The notes below the pieces were generated by a model. It had not been told where the DNA came from and ran no database searches. It saw nothing but the letters and a program-made list of their open reading frames with translations. Source: Eremomyces bilateralis CBS 781.70 (Eukaryota). From it: DNA of 64,000 bases. This document shows, piece after piece, positions 14,045-27,662 of this stretch. A program made the translations under genes and the position numbers. The stretch lies in NCBI GenBank assembly GCA_010015585.1, contig ML975149.1; one strand, given 5' to 3'. Within the stretch, counting starts at the first letter, position 1, and each line of letters opens with the position of its first letter.

Positions 14045-15948
14045 AGCGGGCGATGCATGAGACCTTTCACAAGAATCTCCAAACCTTTGGAATTGATAGT
14101 GAGGTGGGAGGATTATAAGACTTGGAAGGCAATGAAACACACAAAGGAAAAGGAATGGCTAAATAATGGGGATCTTAGACTGTATGAAGAACTCAGACGA
14201 GGCATGCATACAGCCTCACGTACCGCCAATCTGCCACCGAAACGGCAAAAGACCGAACAGTCGTCCCGGGTCAAGCGATTGATGTATATCAATTGATACG
14301 AATCTATCTTTGGCCAGTTTCCGCTCGTATGCTAGGCCAGGATACATCAATGCTACACTTTCCCGCAGAGGGTGCTGCGGTAGTTGGCTCTGCTAGTTGG
14401 AAGGTGAAGTACACGCTATCATACGATCAGCGGATGAGTTCTGCTCCATGAACAACCGGCATGGAAACGTCGGGATACATGGCGGCGGTGGTCGGAGGTA
14501 GAACGGATCGAGTAAGTGATGTGCACTAAAAACAGATCAACTAGGCAAGTCGACCTGTGGACCAATAGCAGTCTGCAGTTCCGCAACACGAAGGACGGCA
14601 AAATATACATGCACAAGAGGCAATTGAATCTCAATTCCCATGTCATCGCCCCAGGCTGATGGCAATCTCGATCCATGATCTCGGCGACGTTGCACGGGCT
14701 CCGTTCAGCCACGGGAGCTACGTCGGAGACTCGGGGTTGATATCAGGACATAGGAAATCGAATGGAATCCGTTCATACCTAAGGACCATCTTAAGCCTAG
14801 GGAGTCCCTGATATTGCCCAGACATCCCAAGGCAGTCTTTTAATCAGAGCATCGTAAGGAGTAGCTAGTAGTTGACAAACATGGACCTGTCTGGACGACG
14901 GACGAGTCCGACCGAGGCAGTTCAGCCTCAATTATGGACTTTGAGGCTCCAATAAATGTGCTCGGCGAGTACCACGAGCTCCAGCTAACAGGCTCGTATC
15001 ACTCAAATACCAAGAGGTTGAACTCCGTAGGCATCTTTGGTGACGACGGAAGACGTTCAGACGGAAGACGGAAGACGATGCAAACATGAACAGGAAGAGC
15101 AGACAGGGCGATAGGGAGAGGAGGCGAGGCTGTGCCGGGATGCCAGCCTACCAAGTACCAAGCAGAGGTGAGAGTCCAACGCCAGACAGTGAGGTGACAA
15201 AGCAAGCGCTGCAGGGATTTCGGAATCCTTTAGTGGAGAACCGAGCGTGGGGTCCGGGCCGTTGACTGTTGAGGAATGAGGACCCAGGTTTCACGTTCAT
15301 TGGCTGACCAGCGGGATAAAGAACGGTACTCCGTACATAGTACGTCATGGATGTGCATCGGATCTGTCTCAACTCTCAAGAGACAAGAGTCTCCGTTTGT
15401 GGAGGAAGGCGCCATGCAGGGCGGACAGGGGTCATCCGGGGTCATCCGGGGTCCAAGAACTGATCTCACTAAGCTTATGCTCCCAGTCCATCGCGATAGT
15501 ATAGTCAGAACAGACTACGCTGCATCTCAGCATTCACTTCGGCTAAGGACCGCTTCTGGCTGGTCAGCGATTGCCATATGGATACTTCTGGGAAATCATT
15601 GATGGGCTTGGCCCTGTGGTGGGACCTTGTGATGAGAGCACAGGCACCCGTACCGTAGCTGTGCCGCCGCTGCGTCAAGTCGTTTGCTGTCATTTAGTTG
15701 AGGAGGCACCCTTCCTCCAATCCTACTCTTTCCGCAAACTATACCTCACCACCTGTGCCATATCGTAATCACCATCCTGCTACTTAACTCACCTAGCGAA
15801 TAGTGGCCCCGCGTCCAACCCCTCCCACCTCTCCAACCTCTGATAACTCCTGCTTGAGTTTCTTCAACAGCAAGCCAACCTTGGAAGGATCCTGCCGTAG
15901 CCATCGTCGACATCAAACTCTCTCATCCCAACCTAGCAGGAACGCATC

Positions 15949-16829
15949 ATGGCTCCAAAACCATGGGCCGACGAGCCCTTCGCTCTGCTGGAGACGCCGT
16001 CGAAGACCATGGACAAGGTATGTTGACAGCTCTGGACGCCTCTACCTCATCTTTTCATGTAGTGGGATATATCTGACGGTGAGCCCTTTAGAGCTCGCAT
16101 TATGCTATCGTAGTGGCCTCTGAAATGACCCACTCCCACAACGTCCTCATCCGCGGCCTCAACAGCATCTATCAACAAGCCCCGCTTGTCAAGAACCCCC
16201 AGGATGTCGAGGACCTCTTGTTCTACTGCCAGGCCTGGGTCATGATGGTCCATCACCACCACGAAACCGAGGAGGAAACCCTCTTCCCCGACCTGGAAGA
16301 GTTTACGCAGAAGCCAGGGATCATGGCGGGCAACCAGGCGCAGCACAATGCGTTCCACGATGGGATGGAGAAGTTCTCCGAATACGCGAAGAACACGAAG
16401 CCGGACGAGTACAAATGGGACGAAATGAAGGCCGTCATCGACGCCTTTGCTCCCTCGCTCTACACGCATTTGAGGGAGGAGATCCAGACGCTGCTTGATC
16501 TGCGCCAGTACGATTCGGACGGCGTCAAGACGGTTTGGGGGAAGACCGAGGACGCGGCGAAAGGAGGAAAGCATCCTCACCTATTTGTAAGTTTGGAGTG
16601 GCTCCGAAACAGGCTCGGAGGGCTGACTATCGCATAGGAGATGATCATGCCTTGCGTCATGGGCAACGTCGACAAGACATATGAAGGCGGCATCCACAAA
16701 GAATTCCCGCCATGGCCGTTCTTCATTCCTTATGCTGTGCATTATTGGTTTGCTCGTTCACATACTGGCGCCTGGCGGTTTTGCCCCAGCGACTTTTGGG
16801 GTAATCCCCGACCATTGACTTTCCAATAA
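15949..16829 (+). CDS. Hemerythrin/HHE cation-binding domain protein (3 exons)
   Basis: MAPKPWADEPF start; intron 16018-16091 keeps the frame; metal-ligand motifs HSHNVLIRG, HHHHETEE, HNAFH and HLREE; C-terminal WRFCPSDFWG. Confidence 0.9.
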
Positions 16830-17474
16830 GCTGCTTTCGAATGGTCGAGAGCACTGAATGTTGCAACCCTGTTGGCGTGAAACGGGATATACGTATGATG
16901 CATCTTTGCGGGGAAATAATAAAAATGAGGATTAAAGCCTTTATGGGTCCTCTCACTCATTCCTATTCAGTCACTAAACATGGCGCGGAGTGCTCGACTA
17001 GAAGCATTCAAATGACCTAGTTTTACCCTAGAGGAATATTATAGTGTATCGCGTATCGCGTTTCACCTTCTTTATAACATCACGACTCTGGTCTCTGGCT
17101 GTCGGTCTCCTAGATAGTAGCGAAAGTCAACCAGTGCCCCGATATTAGTGCTGGTAAATCCCAGTATTGACCGCGATCCTTACAACGGCATCTTTCACGG
17201 AACTCGACTATGGTATACCGAAAGTCCCTCACAATGTAGCAGTAGGTAAGCAGCTGTTGTTCAACGATCCACATCTTTGGTGTTCTTCTATTTCTAGACG
17301 GTCAAGGTATAATTACGAAGAAGCGAAAACCACTGGAACTCCAGTCAAACACACTACACAAGCCCCTCCACTTGCCCAATGCCTGGCCAGGAAACCGAGA
17401 AGAAATCCAAACCTCCAACAAGAATCATTTGCATCAGCATCGTTACTTTCAAAGCGCTGCGTACTATATGGAAC

Positions 17475-18890
17475 TCATAGCGTCAACCAAATCTTCCCAT
17501 GATCCTGGCTCATCCCTGCCATCCCATACCTGCCGGTCGCAAGACTCCAAGTCAAATTCCCGACACAGTATTTCCGGTTCGCTTCCACGAACGCATCCAC
17601 ATGCTGATACGCCTTCTCGTTTAGCCGTGCTTCAGCTTTCAGACGATCGGCGGCGATCTCGAAGCGATTCTTCGATGCCTGCAACGCTTCCGTGGCAACG
17701 TCGATCGCTTGCTGCAGCGTGCTGCCCCGAGAGTAGGTGATAGGTACGATGCTGTCGATGCAGCCGGCGGACTAGAATGTTCGTTAGTGCGACTCATACT
17801 GGCGTCGAATGGGAGAGGGGGAAACAAGTATCAGGTGGGAAAGATGTTGAGACGCACGATTTCCTTTTTCAGGGACAACAAATCATTGGTACTGAAGGCC
17901 GATTAGCACGGTCGACAACGCTAGAAATCCAAGGTGGAATAAAAAGGCTCACATTGAGATCATGATGATGGTCTCATCCCGGATAGCACGAATACTGGGC
18001 GATTGCATGACCAGATCGCCTACTCGGACCTGGTCGGCGTATCTTGAATCGGGTTTAATACTGATCAGATCGCGGGCGGCGCATTACTTACTCCACGGCA
18101 GCCACAGCAATGCCCACTGCGCTGGTGCCCATACGGAAAGCCCAGTATTCATCGATGCCAGGGATTTGAACCCTTAGACGGATCTCCTGTTCCACCTGGG
18201 AGTGAGCCAGGAACTGAATCATCTCGTCGTAGTAGCGTTGGCGTTGTGCTGAGCATCTCGGTCAATGATCCGTGCAAAATTTACAACCGTCACAGAATGT
18301 GGAACGGTGACAGCTTACCGACTGAATACACATCTCTAAACGCCTCGCCCACTTCCTGGAAGCTCTCGATGATGCGGTTCTGCGGAACTGGGGCGCTCTC
18401 GCCCTTCCACAACCCGAGACAATAGGATACCCATTCGATGGTATTCTTGCGGTAGGCTTGTGCCGCATCAAAATCGTCTGTACACGATCCACCAGGCTCG
18501 TCGATCTCATCATCCCAGGTGAAGAGCCAGATGGACATGTACAGCATAATCTTGAGCTCCGTGAAATCGGCCTGGGGCCACCATGAGGCGGCGAACAGTG
18601 CGAAGTCCGAACGCTTGAGTTTGGAGAGCTTGATCCCTTGTTCGTAGACACTGTGTTACAGTTAGTCCCGACAGTCCATTAAGGATAGATAGGGGCTGTC
18701 GACTCCTCGAGACGATATAATCATACCTGTCCAACCGAGCATTGGCAATCGGGATCATAAGCTCATAGTACTCGTTGACGTTCTCACTGTACGCACCAGG
18801 CCAGCCTGCGAAGATAGGTCGCAGGTCAGGGAGGTAAGCCCTCTGGCCTCGGATGCTTTCGAGCAGCTGTGTGCGCCTATCGAGAATCAT
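17475..18890 (-). CDS. Class I terpene synthase/cyclase (probably sesquiterpene), 6 exons, intact
   Basis: Hand-splicing across 5 GT-AG introns gives an open frame. It carries WDDEIDE (DDxxD), YWAFRMGTSAV (effector Arg region), TNDLLSLKKE (NSE motif) and C-terminal WSLATGRY (RY pair). Confidence 0.93.
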
Positions 18891-19518
18891 AGTGACAATC
18901 AACTTTCACATAATAATATCTATGAGAAGGTATACAACCCCCAACAATCAGCGCTGCCAGTGCACTAGATATGTCCGCCAGACCTGGTCGTCACCACGGT
19001 CTCCTCCGTTTCATGGTTTAATTCGAGGTCTCGGGCTGATTCGCCACTTTGATACACATAGATCAGCACCTTGGAACCTGGCTCTGGGGTTCTCGGATAG
19101 AACCACATTCGGATCGGATAGGCGGGTCTGCCTTGGCTAACTCTCCGCAACTTGTACGCATACCAGGAATATTTCCGTTAGTCCATGGGTGCTGAGATAT
19201 GTATCATCTGGGCGTTCCTTGGATTACCTGTTTTCGACAAGGTCCGAAGGGATGGTTTGGCGGTCCAAACCAAAGTTATGTTAGTTTATCCTTAATACTG
19301 TTGCTATATTAATATCAATCGAGCTTTCGCTTAGTCTATCCAAGGTCTTCATGGACTCCATTGGTGTGGAAACAATGCTACAATGGTTCGGTTGGCTAGA
19401 CTGCAATTACTAGCCATCGATTCGTCGAAGAGACGATGGCCAAAGAGGAAACGTCCTTCCGCATTTCTATAAAAGGACAAGGCATTATATTGTTAACCCA
19501 AGCTTGGAGAAGAACCAT

Positions 19519-19548
19519 TGGTTGTTCAGTTTGTTGTTCAGTTTGTTG
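19519..19548 (+). repeat. 12-bp tandem repeat (TTGTTGTTCAGT ~2.5 copies) in the terpene synthase/P450 intergenic region
   Basis: ...GTTGTTCAGT TTGTTGTTCAGT TTGTTGT read directly. Confidence 0.6.
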
Positions 19549-20096
19549 TAAGTTCTGACGTTGGATATTCGGACTCCGTACACAGCCACTAACCGGATTA
19601 GGCGTGGAGCAGACATCACCAAGCCCTCCTATGCTCATGATTTCCTACCATTCAGACACATGTACGAAAAGGACATCCGTCCGTACCCGTTACTGAAATA
19701 ATGAGATACAACTCCGGTTAGCATGAATTCGGGTTGCATCGTGTATCAGGCGGTTCTCGCTGACACCGCGGCTGAAGTCTCCTTGGCAGGCTGGTGAGGT
19801 GGCGGTCATAGACGTTCGACGCGACCAACTCCGACGAGATCGAATTCCGAAGAGCAGTAAAATGCTCAGGCTCAGGGACAAGGATTCGAGCCGAAACATG
19901 GATACCATATCAGACTTGATATTGTTCGGAGGTGCTGGACGGCAAGAGTTTATCTCATAGTCCTATCCTTAGGAACCGAGTTGTACATATCTCTGCTGTC
20001 AGGCCGGTGCAAAAGACCAAATTCCTATCGCCGTCAATATAATCATTTTTAGACAGACTTCATTACTAGTTTCTTTCATTCTCTACCTTAGTAGCC

Positions 20097-21951
20097 ATGG
20101 CAGGATTTACTGCTGCGGCCTCTCCCGTCACAGTAGCAGCAGGTCTTGCTGTTCTTGGGATTGGATATCTGATCGGCCTGGTTATCTACCGATTATACTT
20201 CCATCCGCTTGCTCGCTTCCCTGGGCCCAAGATCGTAGCCGCAACGTACTGGTATGAAGCATGTATCGATATGTTCAAAGGCATCCGCGGCCAATACTAC
20301 CGGGAGGTGGAGAAGATGCACCAGAAATACGGACCAATCGTCCGCATCAACCCAGATGAGATCCACGTGAGTGACCCAGGCTGGTTCGAACTTCTGTATG
20401 CTGGCCAGCCTGCTCGAAGGGACAAATGGCCAGCCACGGCGATGATGCTCGGAACGACCCTTGGAACATTCGGGACCGTGGACCACTACATGCATCGTAA
20501 GCGGAGGGCCGCCAACAGTGCCCTATACACGCTGCAGAACATCGCGTCATCTGAGCCCCTGATCCACAAGCATCTAGCTCGCCTGTGTGAGGTCCTCCGC
20601 TCGTCTAACGGCAAGGTCATCGAGCTTCGCCGGAGATTCATCGCATTCACGTCGGACTCCTTGGCTGACTTCGCATTTGGCGAGACGTTCGGCATCCAGG
20701 ATGATGAAGACGCAGCCGAAAACTGCCATCAAACCTTCAATGCGTTGACGAGTGCGGCGCCGTTCATCAAGCAGTTTCCATGGTGCCAATCGCTCGTGAA
20801 GCAGGTTCCGCTGCCAGTTGCGAAGCTGCTTGCTCCACACTTGTCAAAGGTCTTGGAGATGAGATTGGTAGTGAGCCCATTCGTACACACTGAGCCAACC
20901 GCTAACTTTCTGTGTGACAGCGCGTCCGCGATCAGGCGGCCAAGTTTATGGCTCACGAATATGCGGAGCTCGAAGAAAAGCACGAGCCCCGTCTAAACAT
21001 CTTCCAAGCGATGCAGGACAGCCCGCTTCCCATACAAGAGAAGTCCATCGCGCGGATGGCAGACGTGGCGACGGAAGTGTTCTTCGCTGGATCCGGCCCG
21101 ATGTCCCGTGCTCTTTCCACTGGCGTGTTCTTCTTGTTAAACAACGCGGACGCCCTTCAGCGTCTCAAAGAGGAACTCAACCAGGCAATCCCAAATATTA
21201 ACAATATCCCGCAAGGGAAAGCGCTGGAGAGTCTCCCATGGCTGGTATGTACCGATATCTAGTATTCGTCAATCTGTGGCTGGGTTGACCTTCAAATAGA
21301 GTGCTGTTGTTAGAGAGACGTTCCGTATCTCGACGATCATCAGCTCGAGAATCCCGCTCGTTCCTCAAGAAGATTTGGTCTACCAAGAATGGGTAATCCC
21401 AGCAGGAGTAAGTCGACACTGATTTAGTAATCCGATTATCTGGGCATCCGCTCCAAAGTTAGATTACCATGCGGCACCTAAACTAACCGAGAGCCAGACA
21501 CCAATTGCCATGTCACAAGCCGCCATTCTCTTGGATCCCAACATCTTCCCAGAGCCTCGCGAGTTCAGGCCTGAGCGATGGTTGGCAGACAATGAGGCTC
21601 AAAGCGGATCAGAAGGTCCTCTCCGCACCGACTTAGACAAGTACTTCGTGCCATTCTCGAAAGGAGGTAGGAAGTGCCAAGGGCAAGTGTAAGTGCCATA
21701 TTCTTCCCCGTCTGTTCTGCGAAATGCCTCGCAACAATAAAAGAATCTTGTGGCTGATGTATAGCCTTAACAGCTTCGCAACAATGGAACTCCGCGTCAC
21801 GCTCGCTGTGGTTTTCCGCCGATTTGAGTTGGAGCTGTATGAGACAATTCGCGAGAGGGATGTTGATAACCAACGGGATTGCTTCCTTGGCGAATCCATG
21901 CCAGATAGTCCGGGTATTCGTGTCCGCGTACTGAAAGAATACGCGTACTGA
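20097..21951 (+). CDS. Cytochrome P450 (trichodiene-oxygenase/CYP58-like architecture), 5 exons
   Basis: N-terminal TM helix plus YRLYFHPLARFPGP, KYGPIVRINPDE, ExxR (ETFR), FRPERW, and heme motif FSKGGRKCQG. Confidence 0.93.
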
Positions 21952-22606
21952 TATAAGATCTTGAGAAAGACGGCTACACGTTTCTAGCGATGCTTATGGG
22001 ATGCGGTCATGGAGGTAGGCGTTGATACCATTTATTATTGTACTCTTCTTAGTGAAAGGTGCCTTGTAGACACCCGCAAGATATGATGGCGTATGTGTCA
22101 TTTGACCTACCACGGGACAATGATATTGAAGCGAGCTTGAATAACACAGTGACTGGAATGAATTCAAGAAGATGAATGGCAATATTATGAAAAAGAAACT
22201 TTCGATGCTTTTGTCAAGCCCCTCCCCTCTAGCCCCAGACCCTCCGCCCCAACCCCACGCCCCCTCCGCCCTTTATTTCGAGGCAACAAGGCCGTAAGGT
22301 ATATAATACCCCATTCAAGCCACAGTAGCCACACCCGGTCATCATTGGCGTCATTTCCGGGCAGTCCTCTTATTGTATTCCGTATCTTAACTGTAGATTG
22401 CACAGCACAGCACTTTTCCATCGTTTCCTTGATGGTCAGTCAGTTCAAGCCTGGTGACACTAACATGAGCAATTACTTTTAAGGAAAAGCTTGGAGTCGT
22501 CCCAAATATGCCCGAACGATGAGATCCCGTCCCGCTTCTTACGATCTCAACCCGACTACTATACAAAGCGTGTCAGCGTCACCCATCTAGCGACCATTAC
22601 GTCGAA

Positions 22607-25542
22607 ATGGAGTTAGATACATCGACAGATCGCTTTACCAATGCGATGAACGCGACCTCGTACTTCGCTCCGTCTGGCATGGACCTCTTGATGGCAATCC
22701 CGCGCCTGGCCCGACGAGCCGGTGCACTCGCCTTCTACTATGTTCCTGAGCACCTTGATGGCTTCGTGGGCAAGATCAGAGATGGAGGGAGCGTAATCGC
22801 GGACCCTACGACATCGAACACAATAAATGCCACGATCACGAACGGTTCAAAGACGTTCATACAATCCGCTACAGGAGGTTTGGCCCCGGCAATAAGTGCT
22901 GCTGCGGGAGGAGGCACGGCGGAGTCTGCGGGAGGTATATTCAGTCTGCAGAACTTCCGGAATCTAGGTGGACTATTTTCTTACGTGACATCCAAGTGGG
23001 CTTTGACGACATTTATCGTTGTAAGGGATTCTTCCTCAGACTTCTGACTTTAGGCTGACGACCCCTTGAACAGGGTCTCATCTTGAACAGAACCCAATTC
23101 TACGCGTCCTCTCGCGTACCTCTCCGACTGAACTGGATAATGCGGTTATCCCTTTACCTCATGCCCATTCTCGTAATGATACACCGGATACATATCCTGT
23201 TTCAAGCCATTAGATGCCAGACATCTCCGGACTGGTCGGAGTTGCGATATGGCAATGCGACCAAACATATAGGCACGGACTATGCAGGAGAGGGAGGCAT
23301 TCTATACTCCATCAGCTCTACGACACTTTTCTGGGAGGACGACGCAGCTTCATGCCGAGGAGTTAATATGGGAGGGTTTGAGGACAAGAACCTTATACAA
23401 TTATCCGGTTCTTTGGCTATGCTCTGGCCGCTCTTCCTGTCGTTCGGTCTCAATGCATTCGTTGAGAACCTAGCCTGTGCTCTCCAGGGGCGACAGCCCA
23501 TGGCTGAGACGGGAATGACGACCTTTGAGCACTCCCTTGCTTTCGCAGAGGCCGAATCGGCGGTGTTGAGGCCTTTCGAACTGTTGTCGAAACTTGCTCC
23601 AACTGAGCTGCACCCGGATTCGAGTGTGAGCACGAAGCTGACACGAGCACTGGCCATGCAGATCCTCAATGTTGCTCCTGAGGTTCTCGCAGTCTCCCTC
23701 ATTTCGAGCCTCAACCATTTATCCAGTCACATTCTCGCAGTCCTCGGCATTCGGAACCGATTCCGCCTCCTGAACACCGGTATATGGGGCATGGCATACA
23801 TGAGCACGTTTGTCTGGTCTTTCTTCAGCATGACGATGTCGGAAGAACTTTCGGTAAATCTAGGATTATTGAGGTTTCCAACTGTCTGTATCATTGGATT
23901 CGTCCCGCATCTCGTTATCCTCTGGGGAATCTCGGTTTGCGCTACTATCTATGCCATGGCCCTCCTGATCACAGCCCTAGCCCCCCCCTTAGGACGAGAG
24001 CGTCCGCAAACGCTCAAGGAACGGTTCAAATTCGCATACCAGAACCTTCAGGCGAATGTCTACCTCTCGACTGGGACTCCGATCGTACTGCGGTGGCAGG
24101 ATGACTTTTACACGACACTGTTGAAGACTGGATTCACGCTGTTAACATGCGCAAGTGAGGCAGTCTATCTCAATGAAGGATCAACCGTCAACGTCCATCG
24201 GGCTACATGGTTGGAGGAGAAGCGGTTGGACGAATTGGCGGCTTCGAAGGGCCTTCACCAACGCGCTATGGAATCCGTGCCCGCCGGACTGCGATCCGAT
24301 ATGATCGCCCAGGGTCTGAGCTCGATTGATGACCAAACCGCAGAGGATGCGGCACGTTTTGCGTCCAGCTCTGGGTATGCCCGTGAACGGAAGGCTAAAG
24401 GGGGCCAAGCGTACCCTGATATTGCACAGGCTCCTATCCGTGATCGAGGTGTCGGAGTTTTCCAGCGTCATGGGCGTTGGCTTCTGTCTCTTAGATTCCT
24501 AAAGAGCATATTCTGGCTCTGCGCGGGTCTCCATGCTCGCGCACTCATTTCGGTCATGAATACCTTGGGCATCAGCTATGTTCCATTGTGGCTCCGAAGA
24601 GTAGCGGGGACACGGTCAAGGGGACGGAAGCCAATGGAGAAGAGTCGGAATGCTACGGCCCAGGTTCTAAAATTTTGGGTCCTAACTGAGGATGGTGAAT
24701 TGAGGACACCGACGGACCGTAATGTGGATGTTGAAGCTGAGATGAGGAGAAGAACGCTTAATGGGGAGGGCGCCATGTCCGGCGCAGAAAACGAGGGTCT
24801 TCTCGACCACGACCTCTACAACTGGTGGACACGGGGGGGTTGGTGGGGTGACATTGATGCGAGCGGCGACTATCAAACCCCCGAGCAAGAAGACGACCTC
24901 ACCAGTGTCGTCTCAACCATCACAGATTTGAGCAGTGTGGATGATTTGGTCGACGAAGACGAAGACGGGCGCCGAACACCCACCCAACTTAGCCCGTTCC
25001 CTAGCCGCCAATCCACCCCCATCAACGACGACCTCCTTGACAGGACGCGCCTGGCCTCCCTTCTCAACCCGCAATCCTCCGAAGAGCAACACGAGGCGCA
25101 TCTTCTCTCCCGCCGCCTCCTCCGCGACAGCCCCATGACCCGCTCCCAATACCGCCGCGAACTCGACCGCGAACGGTCCCGCGTCCTTCTCTCACGACGA
25201 GGCGCGGCGCTAGGGAGTCGTGGCGGTCCATCACCGACCGCGATATCCCCCGAAGAGGAGGAGAAGATCCTTGAACGCTTCATCCTCGAACGACGCGATG
25301 CCGCGGCGCAGCAGCATCTTCCCGGCGAGAATGGTGCGTGGGAGAGTGGTGCGGAGGGGATGGGGGCCGCAGGGCCGCAGTGCGTGGTGTGTCAGTTCAG
25401 TCCACGGACAACGCTGCTGTGGCCATGCGGGTGCCTTAGCCTTTGCGATGATTGTCGTGTGGGCTTGGCAACGCGGAATTTCAATACGTGCGTTTGTTGT
25501 AGGACGGACGTGGTGGCGTATTCCAGGCTGTATGTGCCGTAA
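22607..25542 (+). CDS. Asi3-like transmembrane RING E3 ubiquitin ligase (2 exons)
   Basis: Multiple hydrophobic segments; LNRTQFYAS, ETGMTTFEHSLAFAEAE and RFPTVCIIGF; C-terminal RING CVVC...WPCGCLSLCDDC...CVCC..YSRLYVP; intron ~23021-23073. Confidence 0.88.
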
Positions 25543-25898
25543 GGAAGGTTGTTTAGTGGCGTGGCTTATGTTTTTTAAGCATGGGATCATAGCATAGCAT
25601 ATCTGTGTAGAAATGGATTTGGAATTGGCATCAGACTAGTTTTAACACCTCTACAGGCCTCTACCACAGTAAATACCCCGATGGAGATCGTCCGAGGAGA
25701 TCGTCCCCGCCTGTCGGAGGAGATCGGCGCTCGGGATGTGGCTGGTGGCTCGGTGGGGGTGGGTGGGGCAACCCGGATCTGATGTCGCCACGCTTGGTCA
25801 TCAACCTCAGGACGATGGTACTAATTATCTAGAGGTTGGGATTGCCTTTGAACTTTTACACTCCCGTTTTATATTTAAAGGATTCAAAAGCGAATACA

Positions 25899-27070
25899 AT
25901 GGCGCCGTCATTAGAAGAGCCGATAGACGACGCTGCATTGGATCCTTCTAAGACGAAAGATCCCCAACTTGTGGCACCGGAACCAGGTATGGACTCTCTC
26001 TTCCTGTCAAGGCAACGCAAAGTATCCGGCATGACCTTTCTAACGCACTTTGTCCCATAGAGCATTGCCCTGGGCCGACATCTAATGATGCAGGCAAATC
26101 AGACGCCTGCGTAGGCTGTCCGAATAAAGAAATCTGCTCGTCAAGCCAGCCCATGGGACCCGACCCCGATATCCCATATATCACAGAGCGACTATCGTCT
26201 ATAAAGCATAAGATCCTCGTCCTCAGTGGCAAGGGAGGGGTCGGAAAATCCACCCTCTCAGTCCTATTATCCCACGCATTTGCATCGAGCTCAAGACCCG
26301 CACATCCTATATCGACGCCAAATGGCAACGGTAACGGCCACACCTCGCCTTCATCCATACCCCTCACGGTCGGCCTCCTCGACGCCGACATCACCGGCCC
26401 CTCCATCCCTAAAATGCTTTCCCTCGAACAAGAACCTGTCCACGTCACCTCCACTGGCTGGTCGCCCCTCTACCTCACCGACACCCTCTGCGCCATCTCG
26501 ATCCAAAACATGCTCCCCAGCAACAACCCCGACACGGCGATCATCTGGCGCGGCGCCAAAAAGACCGGGCTCTTGAAGCAATTCCTCCGCGACGTCGAGT
26601 GGGGGGATCTGGACATGCTCGTCGTCGACACCCCGCCCGGCACGTCCGATGAGCATCTCGCGCTGTGCACGTTCATGCGGGACGCAGGCATTGATGGCGC
26701 GGTGCTCGTCTCCACCCCGCAGGAAGTCGCGTTGCTGGATGTCCGGCGGCAGGTGGATTTCTGCCGGAAAGCGGGCATCCCCATCATTGGGATCGTGGAG
26801 AATATGTCGGGGTTCGTCTGCCCGAATTGTACGGGCGAGAGCCAGATTTTCCGACCCACGACTGGGGGCGCGAGGAAACTGGCGAAAGATGAAGGGATCG
26901 CGTTTTTGGGGGCGGTTCCCCTGGATCCGAGGATCGGGATGGCGTGTGATTTTGGCGAGGATTTCTTGGAGGCGTTTCCTGAGAGTAAGGCGGGGGTGGC
27001 CTTGAGGGGGGTAGTGAGAGAGGTGGGGAAGAGGATTGGATTGGATGTGGTAGATGACGATGCTGAATAA
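25899..27070 (+). CDS. NBP35: Cytosolic Fe-S cluster assembly P-loop NTPase (2 exons)
   Basis: N-terminal 4-Cys domain (HCPGP..ACVGCPNKEIC), GKGGVGKST, DTPPGTSDEH, ENMSGFVCPNC, PLDPRIG. Confidence 0.92.
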
Positions 27071-27662
27071 TGAAAATATACCCCGAGTATTATAGTCCAC
27101 ATTTAATGAAATGTCAACTAGGACCATCCTGTGCTTTTTACCGTTTCAACTAGGGCTCCGTCGTCCTCCTCGAACGAGGCCTGTCTTTGTCCGTTTGATC
27201 GGGAGGAAATCCAATTGGACATCGTCCGTTGAAACAATGACGGATGTGAATATCAAACGGCATTTTCTAGACGGAGATTTTGGGTGGAATTGGCAGTTGC
27301 TTTATCCAACTCACTGGCAGCACTGGGTGGTAGTTCTATGTTCTTCCGCTAGACTGCGATATATTGCATCGCATCAACTACGCAATAACAGAAACCAGTG
27401 GATGGGCTTGTATCGAGTCGAAAGTCTCTATTTGCTTTATTTGGGGTATCCAAATCGTCTAGTGCCCATGTTTTCCCTGCTCTAAAGAAGCTATATCCTG
27501 CTCCAGCATCCTGCTCCAGCATCCTCCTCAATTACCTCTTTATCCACGATCAAGTGCCTGCTACCATTCCTTTAAAGCCTCAGCAATCCCACCTACAGAC
27601 GGGAAAAAGAGGTGCGATTCTTGCTCACCCCACTTGCACGCTATCACTGGCAGTGCTTGCTC

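Noticed and set aside
26351..27127. Long antisense ORFs over NBP35 (similar ones occur over the F-box gene, beta-COP and Asi3)
   Set aside because: Expected shadows of GC3-rich coding sequence.
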